Below, one piece after another: positions 51,301 through 58,240 of a stretch of 64,000 bases of DNA. A program made the translations under genes and the position numbers. Location: positions 928,001 through 992,000 of the forward strand of contig CP000071.1 in the NCBI GenBank assembly GCA_000002445.1, given 5' to 3'. The stretch's first letter is position 1. Each line of letters starts with the position of its first letter. The notes under the pieces were generated by a model, which worked only from the letters and a program-made list of their open reading frames with translations, was not told the DNA's origin and made no database searches. The stretch comes from Trypanosoma brucei (Eukaryota).

Positions 51301-53409
51301 TTGACAAACTTCCACGGCGTTGCCGCGTCGTTTGAGCAAGCACAGGAGTCGTGGAAGCACTGGTTCTTGCAAGAGAACCCTGAAGACGCTGAGCTTCCAG
51401 ATGACTGGCAGACACGTACGGCAGACAATTACATCCAGCGCATGATATTTGTGCGTTGCCTTCGTCCTGATCGGGTTATATTTATGGTGTACGAATTCAT
51501 CGAGAAGCAACTCGGGCCTCAGTTCGTGGATCCTCCACCGTTCAATCTCAAGGACACCTTCGAGGAAAGTACCAATGTTGTGCCACTGGTATTTGTACTC
51601 TCCCCTGGTGTTGATCCGACCACCCAACTGGCGGCACTCGCGCAGCGCGAAGGACGCCCACTGAAAACACTGGCGCTAGGGCAGGGTCAGGGTGAGAATG
51701 CTAAGCGCGCTGTTCAGGAATGTTCACAGGTAGGCGGCTGGGTGTTCTTGGCGAATTGTCACTTAATGGTGTCCTGGTTGGTAGAATTAGAGAAGATTAT
51801 TGAGGATCTGGTGGAGCAACGGCCACATAAAGAATTTCGTCTGTGGCTCAGCTCGGTCCCCACAACACAGTTTCCTATCGGTATCTTGCAGCGAGCGATC
51901 AAAATGACTACAGAGCCTCCCACTGGAATCAAGGCGAATATGTTGCGGCTGTATAACCAGTTTTCCGAGGAGCAGTTCGCGGAGCACACGGGCTCTAATC
52001 CACAGATCTACTGCAGTCTTCTCTTCGCGCTCTGCTTCTTCCACTCTATACTTCTGGAGAGGCGCAAGTTCGGTAACCTTGGGTACAACGTTGTATACGA
52101 TTTCACCACTTCCGACTTCGAGGTGTCCGAGAACATTATTGCTCTGTACATTGGCAACATGGCAACTGACCGAGTAGAGGACATACCATTTGTTACTATT
52201 CGCTACCTTATAGCGGAAGCCTCATACGGTGGTCGTGTGACAGATGACTGGGACCGTCGTGTGATCAACACATACATCTCTCAGTTCATGTGCCCAGCAA
52301 TCCTGACGGAAGAGCGATATCCACTTTCGGCTGCCGAGGAGTACTACATTCCCTCAGGGATCAGCACACTTCAGGCCTATAAGGACGAGTGCTCGTTGCT
52401 TCCCATCACCGATCCACCAGAGGCTTTTGGTCAGCATACGAACGCGGATATTGCCAGCCGTGTGGCGGAGTCGACAATGCTTCTTGACAATCTCATCAGT
52501 GTTAACAAAACTCTGGCTCGTGGTGGCGGCTCCTCTGGGGGCGCATCCAAGGGTATGTCAGAGGAAGCACGTTGTTTAGAAATTCTCGCGTCACTGGAGG
52601 AACCAAGCAAGACAGCCATACCTAATCCCATTGACTACGATGCCGTCTACGAGTCTGTCAAGGAAGACACCAACAACGCGCTGAATACCTGTCTGTTGCA
52701 GGAAATTCAGAGGTACAACGTTCTACTTCGAAAGATAATCGTGCAGAAGAGGGAACTGCGCCGTGCTGTGAAGGGTGAAGTTTTGATGACCGATGAGCTA
52801 GAGGCGGTGTTTAATGCCCTTCTGTTGAGTCGCGTACCGCCGCCGTGGACGAGTGCATACCCCAGCATGAAACCTCTTGCGAGTTGGGCTGTTGATCTTG
52901 TGGAACGAATAGAGCAGATGAAACAATGGGGCCAGCGCGTGCCAAACGTGTTCTGGCTCTCTGGCTTCACATATCCCACAGGTTTCTTGAAAGGCCTGCA
53001 GCAGCAGCAGGCGCGTCATGACCGTATATCCATCGACCAGTACACGTGGGAGTTTGTTGTGCTTCCAAGTGAAGAGCGAACGATTGTCAACCGTGCCAAA
53101 AAAGGTGCGTACGTGCGCGGCATATTCCTTGAGGGTGCAGGCTGGAATGAAGAAATGAACACCCTTTGCGAACCGCGGCCACTAGAGCTTATAGTGCCTA
53201 TGCCTATTATCCACTTCAAGCCGAAAATACGGGACACTAAGCCGCGACCTCCTACTATTTATGAATGCCCACTTTACATGTACCCCTTGCGTACCGGTAC
53301 GCGTGAACGACCCTCGTTTGTTGTTGCCGTTGATCTCGAGTCTGGCGAAGCGGTACCTGAGCACTATACAAAACGTGGTACAGCGCTGCTACTCTCTACA
53401 GATGAGTAA
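39385..53409 (+). CDS. dynein heavy chain (4674 aa), axonemal-type
   Basis: The full motor is present: AAA1 Walker A [19 protein letters not shown] (~45352), AAA2 GQTGSGKT (~46200), AAA3 GTTGTGKS (~47270), AAA4 GLGGSGRYS (~48345); a coiled-coil stalk (~49050-49950); AAA5-6 and a C-terminal domain. The AAA1 block [32 protein letters not shown] carries the DYKS/AQTG pattern seen in axonemal rather than cytoplasmic heavy chains. Single uninterrupted exon. Confidence 0.93.
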   Translation: [4674 protein letters not shown]

Positions 53410-53410
53410 G

Positions 53411-53430
53411 GTGGGGAGAGGGGGGGGGGA
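53411..53430. repeat. G-rich run ending in G10 homopolymer
   Basis: gtggggagagggggggggg, 2 nt after the dynein stop codon. Confidence 0.9.
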
Positions 53431-54291
53431 AACTCTACACATTCCCTTAATCTTGATTTTCTTCGTGTCTCCTATTTACGTATTTGCAGTGTCCACTCAA
53501 GTGGATGTTGCCGTGGCCGTTATTCTGTGAGTTTACTTTTTTTTTTTGCTGTTGTTTTCGGTCTTGCGTGTCGCCGTCGTTGTTGTTTTTAAATGATAGA
53601 CATTTTTTTTTCTTCTGTATCTGTATGTCGATGTACGTAACAGCCTCCAACGTTACTTTATTTCCTGTGAGGCCAAGCAATTAGAAGAGAGACGAAGTAA
53701 GATGGTGCAAAGGAATTTGTGGCACTAGGAACAAGAGAGGAAAGAAAGTAGTAAAAAAAACACCAATGATAGAGTTGATGTAAATAATAAAGAAAGAGCA
53801 AGCTGTGTGTGCAGCACCGCAGCAACCATCCCTGTTTTTGTCCTTGTTGCCAAGGACCTTTCTCTTTCCCCTCCCACTGCGTCCAATGTTTACTCACGAT
53901 AACACTATACAATTAGATGTGGCATATGTTTTCTGTTACCAAGAGAAGGAAAAAGGCAAAAAAAGGATTCAAACAGTTGGGTCCATGAATCAAAAAGTGG
54001 GACAATTTAACCATTCGCATTTACCTCCCGTGTTTACACCGTTGAATTTTACTCGCGGAGGGGCAGCAGCAGCTGTTGCCTGCGCTCATCGCTATTGTAT
54101 TGTGTTGTGCACTCGTGGGTCTTCTCTTTCGCTCTCATGTTCTTCTTTTTCTCTTCCTACCCTTTTCATCTCAACGCCGGAGCTTCCGCTGTTGGTGGCT
54201 GACCATTTTAGGTTTTGAAACTGTAGGATAAAACCAGTCCCCTTTCATAGCACATATCATTTAGTTATCAACTCCACTTTTGCAGGGGCGT

Positions 54292-54378
54292 GTGCGTGTG
54301 CGTGTGTGTGCGTGTTTGTTTGTGTAAAGTCGCAACTTCGATTGTTTTCTTTTTTTTTTTGTGTGTGTGTGTGTGCGC
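54292..54378. repeat. interrupted (TG)n/(GCGTGT)n microsatellite with T11 run
   Basis: gtgcgtgtgcgtgtgtgtgcgtgtttgtttgtg ... tttttttttttgtgtgtgtgtgtgtgcgcc, immediately 5' of the YceI-like ATG. Confidence 0.85.
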
Positions 54379-54394
54379 CCTCTTTTTTACAAGG

Positions 54395-54982
54395 ATGGGT
54401 TGGGGAAGCAGTGAAGAGCGACTTAGCAGCACCAGCAGTGAGTTGCGCGGTGTGGACATGTTTGTTTACACCCTTCCAAGTGGTGTACTCGGGCGTTTCA
54501 TCGGTCGCGCCCTGCGGTTCCGTGTGGATCGCTTTAACTTTAGCACTGGCCCAAGCGCTGATGGGAATGATAAGCGCCGGAGCCTTAAGAGTGTGGAGGT
54601 GGAAGCGAATTCATTATCACCTCTCTGTGAAGTGGACAAGTTTCAGTTTGAACGACTTCCATTAACGGTGTCTGAAATTGTGCGATTAGAGCGCCGCACG
54701 CGTGACTATGTGTTAGATGTCACGCGGTATCCACGTATTTTATATACAGTTGAGGAGGAAACACCAACGGAAGTGAAAGGCACGTTGGAGCTGCGTGGCG
54801 AACGGAAGGCAATCACGTGTACGAAATCAGTGGAAGGACCGGAACTAATTGTGCGTTGCCCAATTGATACCCGAGAATTTAATATCCCATCGTATTCACT
54901 CATGTATGGCGTGTTTGGTGTCTCGCCTCATGTACAGGTGGAAACCCGCATTCCACTTAGAGCGGTTCAACTGCAAGGTTGA
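54395..54982 (+). CDS. YceI-like (polyisoprenoid-binding beta-barrel) domain protein
   Basis: Blocks align to the YceI family: FVYTLPSGVLGRFIGRALRFRVDRFNF (cf. FKVKHLMVTTVTGRFKDFDGTFTFD); DYVLDVTRYPRILYTV...KGTLELRGERKAITC (cf. YPTITFKS...GDLTIHGVTKPV). The ORF-track GTG start at 54290 runs through a (TG)n microsatellite; the ATG at 54395 is used instead. Confidence 0.55.
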   Translation: MGWGSSEERLSSTSSELRGVDMFVYTLPSGVLGRFIGRALRFRVDRFNFSTGPSADGNDKRRSLKSVEVEANSLSPLCEVDKFQFERLPLTVSEIVRLERRTRDYVLDVTRYPRILYTVEEETPTEVKGTLELRGERKAITCTKSVEGPELIVRCPIDTREFNIPSYSLMYGVFGVSPHVQVETRIPLRAVQLQG

Positions 54983-55521
54983 GGGCTGTTAATCGGAAGG
55001 CACAGGTTTGTGGACCTCAAAAAAAAAAAAGAAAAAAAAAGAGTGTTTGGTGGAGAAAGGTGTCGGGCCCTGCTTCACATTTCATTTCTTCCAGTCTCTT
55101 CATAACACCTTTCATTTGTGAAGGTAGTAAAGAGGCAGTATTTCCCCAAAATAAAAAGGGAGAAGTGTGGTACATATCGTCCAATGGTTTCAACTCTGTA
55201 AATGAGTGTACATGTCAGTGCGTTAGCAGCCGCCTATGCACGCGAGAGTATTTACCTGGTGCACAATTCGGGTTACACATTTCAACATATAAGTTGACTC
55301 TGATAATGTTGCTTCTTTCCCGTGTTCTCCACGGTCATTTCTGGAGAATGTTACAGTTGTATTGCTTTCCTTTCCTTTCCTTTCCTTTTTTGTTTTTCCA
55401 CTAGTATGTCTAGTTGCGTTTCCTACTTATTGTTTCATTTCATTTGATTGGTGTTCGTTTTTTTTCTATTATTATTTTTCGTACTATTTGAGTCCTCCGT
55501 TGCTATCGTAGCTTTCATTGA

Positions 55522-56127
55522 ATGGAGTCCCTTGTACGTGACACCGACCTCACTGTTAGCGCACACACTTGTGAGGAATCGAACACTCACGGTCTATCGA
55601 AGCTCCTTCTCACACATTTAAAACTTGACAATATAATTCTTGAGTCGGTCAGTTGCGTTGGTCGGGGCCATAACGGGGACGCGCGAAGCCAATGGTGGTC
55701 CCTTTCTGCAGGTCATTTGGGAAAGTGGTGTCATAACCAACACGGTACACTTCATGGAGGGTTATGCCTTGCAATTTTATGCGCTCTCTCCAAGGCTCAT
55801 GTGGCAATGTATATAAAGCTGCATTGCGCCAATGGGAGTGTCACTACTGGAAGGAATGAAGGGATAACCACGGGGGGATCCTCAACGCCTTCAGTACTCG
55901 GAGTACATATTCAATATCTATTGCCAGTTGTAACGACCCACTCACTGAAAGTTTTAACAAAAGTAAAGTGTGAGGAAGATGCGGTAGTACGCGTGGATGC
56001 GGTACTGTTTAGAGCAGTTGATGTGGAGAAGCAGCAGCATGGAGGGCATTTACTTGGTGGGTGCTCACCGTTATGCAAAGCCACCATCAATATGAAGCGA
56101 CAGCAGAAGCGAATATGTTCATTGTAA
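55522..56127 (+). CDS. hypothetical ORF (201 aa), coding status doubtful
   Basis: ATG ORF filling part of a 1.7 kb spacer. Gly/His/Cys-rich, no motif. Could be UTR. Confidence 0.2.
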   Translation: MESLVRDTDLTVSAHTCEESNTHGLSKLLLTHLKLDNIILESVSCVGRGHNGDARSQWWSLSAGHLGKWCHNQHGTLHGGLCLAILCALSKAHVAMYIKLHCANGSVTTGRNEGITTGGSSTPSVLGVHIQYLLPVVTTHSLKVLTKVKCEEDAVVRVDAVLFRAVDVEKQQHGGHLLGGCSPLCKATINMKRQQKRICSL

Positions 56128-56693
56128 TGGGTTTTGGTGTCGCTTATTCCTTTCTTTTTTTTTTGTCATTGGTGGGTATGTGTGCCTCCACCTCTTCAGT
56201 CAACATCCTTCCTCCCCTCCAACAACAACAACAAGGACGAGAAGCGGTGATTGAGCGATAGTTTACCTCTGTCAAGCATCGATTTTTGTTGCCGGGCACT
56301 CAGTTGTATCGCTCCCTCTCTTTTGTTTCTCTCTCCATTTATATTTTCACTTGCTTTCCGTTGGTATTACGCGTTTTCCCTCTGCACCTCAACATGGTTC
56401 CCATGCAAAGGGAGTGTGAGGCAGACGATTTAGTTACCTCAATTCCTGTGGTGCAAACGCGTATAAAGGTCATCAATAAGACATTAAAAAGGAAAAGAAG
56501 AATTCTGAGGGAGGAGGGAGGAGGGGGCGGAGTCGCTTATAAAAAAGAAAGCGAAGAAGGAAACACGCAACGACGAACTGAAGAAGGGCATCGTGATATT
56601 TGATTGTGTCACGAAGGGACCGACAGCTCTCCACAGACTCATTATTACTTTCACATGAAGGGAGGCGTGGGAAGGAGTACTGCTGCGCCACAG

Positions 56694-57758
56694 ATGGAAT
56701 TTGTGCGTGCCGTAATTGTTGGTTCCGGTTCGAGCAGCAGCACGCCCATGCTTTCTTGTGCACTTTCCGGTTCCCCATGCCCCAATTGTGAGGAGGCTCT
56801 CCGTTGTAGTGGTAGCAAAAATCATCGCTTGAACCCCTCTTTCCTCATACAGCTTTACCATCCGACGGATCGTACAGTACACAACATCCTCATTGACTGC
56901 GGTAAGACGTTCCGAGAGTCGGCACTAAAGGTTTTTCCTTCGTTTCTTGTCCGCGATTTCAGTGCCGTATTGCTCACGCATGACCACGCCGATGCTTCGT
57001 ATGGCATTGACGACCTCAGGGAGTTTAGCCGTAAAGATGTTCCTATCGGGGTGTACGCGGATGAGACAACGCTCGCAGCCATGAGAGGGGTTTACCCTTA
57101 CTTGTTCGCAGAAGACATGCGCAGCAGAGGCGCTGGGGAACCAGCTAAGAAGGAAGTAAAGAAGAATAAGTTTGTCGCCACCATCAATTGGGAGTTATTC
57201 ACCAGAGTCGAACGAATGGATGTGGTGTTTTCTCCACGGCCGAAGGGGGTGACAACTGGGAACGAGGGCGATATTGCTGATGGGTGTGAAACTGGGGCAC
57301 CCGCGGTGTGGTCGTTTGTGCCCGTTGGCGTTCCGCACGGTGAGAATTATCGTGCAAACGCTTTTCTTGTGCCGATGCATGACAAGAGCGAGTCGCCGCG
57401 ACTGCTTTTGTACGTTTCAGATATTAGTGAGTTGGAGGACCGATTTTTCACGGACTTGGCGCGCTCTAAGGTGTTGCTTGGCGTTGACCCCGCTGTCCCC
57501 ATTGAGGTACTGGTGCTGGACATGTTATCACGGAGGCCATACGTCGCTCATCTGCACGTGGAAGCGTCCATTGCCGCTGCAAAAAGGATCAATGCTGCCA
57601 AAACGTATTACGTCGGTATGTCACATAGGATAAACTACGATGAGATGATGCAGGAGCTTCAGCAGCTAGGTTTGGGTGCCACAATGGAAATGGGATACGA
57701 TGGCTGTGTTGTCTCCGTCGGAGACTCGGGACTGCAGCACCTTAGTGGACGTTTATGA
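56694..57758 (+). CDS. metallo-beta-lactamase-fold hydrolase (PhnP/ElaC-like MBL superfamily)
   Basis: N-terminus MEFVRAVIVGSGSSSSTPM (the typical MBL start, M..I.LGtGsS.G.P). HxHxDH zinc motif as LTHDHADASYGIDDL. Downstream conserved Asp/His residues. The ORF-track TTG start at 56604 was corrected to the ATG at 56694; the ATG at 56655 is also possible. Confidence 0.7.
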   Translation: MEFVRAVIVGSGSSSSTPMLSCALSGSPCPNCEEALRCSGSKNHRLNPSFLIQLYHPTDRTVHNILIDCGKTFRESALKVFPSFLVRDFSAVLLTHDHADASYGIDDLREFSRKDVPIGVYADETTLAAMRGVYPYLFAEDMRSRGAGEPAKKEVKKNKFVATINWELFTRVERMDVVFSPRPKGVTTGNEGDIADGCETGAPAVWSFVPVGVPHGENYRANAFLVPMHDKSESPRLLLYVSDISELEDRFFTDLARSKVLLGVDPAVPIEVLVLDMLSRRPYVAHLHVEASIAAAKRINAAKTYYVGMSHRINYDEMMQELQQLGLGATMEMGYDGCVVSVGDSGLQHLSGRL

Positions 57759-58080
57759 CATCACAGCCAACTGTTTTTGTTTTTTGAAGTTCAAATAAGC
57801 GCACCGATTGCTTATTGAGGGTTTTTATGGAAGTACCAGTTGAATTATCCAAAAGTACTTGTGTCGATGCATGCGGGAGGAGCGGGTTGGAAACTCGGCT
57901 ATTGGATGGGCCGAAGGCGTGGGTTGGCTTTTGAGTGTCAGGGAGTGCATGATTCGGCGTAGCGGAAGTTTGGCACGTTGCCTCATGGCTATTTAACAAC
58001 ATTTTTCTTATCAGGTGCGGGTTAGCTTGCAACTTCGCTCAAGAGACCTCTTTTGCTGGGCAATGACATTACGTCGGCAC

Positions 58081-58140
58081 TATTGTTTCCTTCCGTCTTA
58101 TTATTGTTATTGTTATTGTTTTTTTTTTGTTTTGTTTTGG
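58081..58140 (+). promoter_or_regulatory. polypyrimidine tract and candidate AG acceptor upstream of REV3
   Basis: The tract ttattattgttattgttattgttttttttttgttttgttttgg is followed by the first downstream AG (58142-58143), ~100 nt before the REV3 ATG. A 2-codon uORF (atgtgctaa at 58218) precedes the main ATG. Confidence 0.45.
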
Positions 58141-58240
58141 AAGGAAAAACGATAAAGAAAAGGATCAAAAGGGGGAGGGCAACAATAAGAGGGCACAGGG
58201 TGGGTTGATAGGACTTAATGTGCTAATACACACGGGGGCT

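Noticed and set aside
1009-56604. ORF-track start coordinates at 1009, 6425, 8233, 9507, 24521, 54290 and 56604
   Set aside because: Reading the sequence at those positions shows TTG or GTG codons; the track allows alternative starts. Kinetoplastid nuclear genes use ATG. I moved each start to the first in-frame ATG consistent with homologue N-termini.
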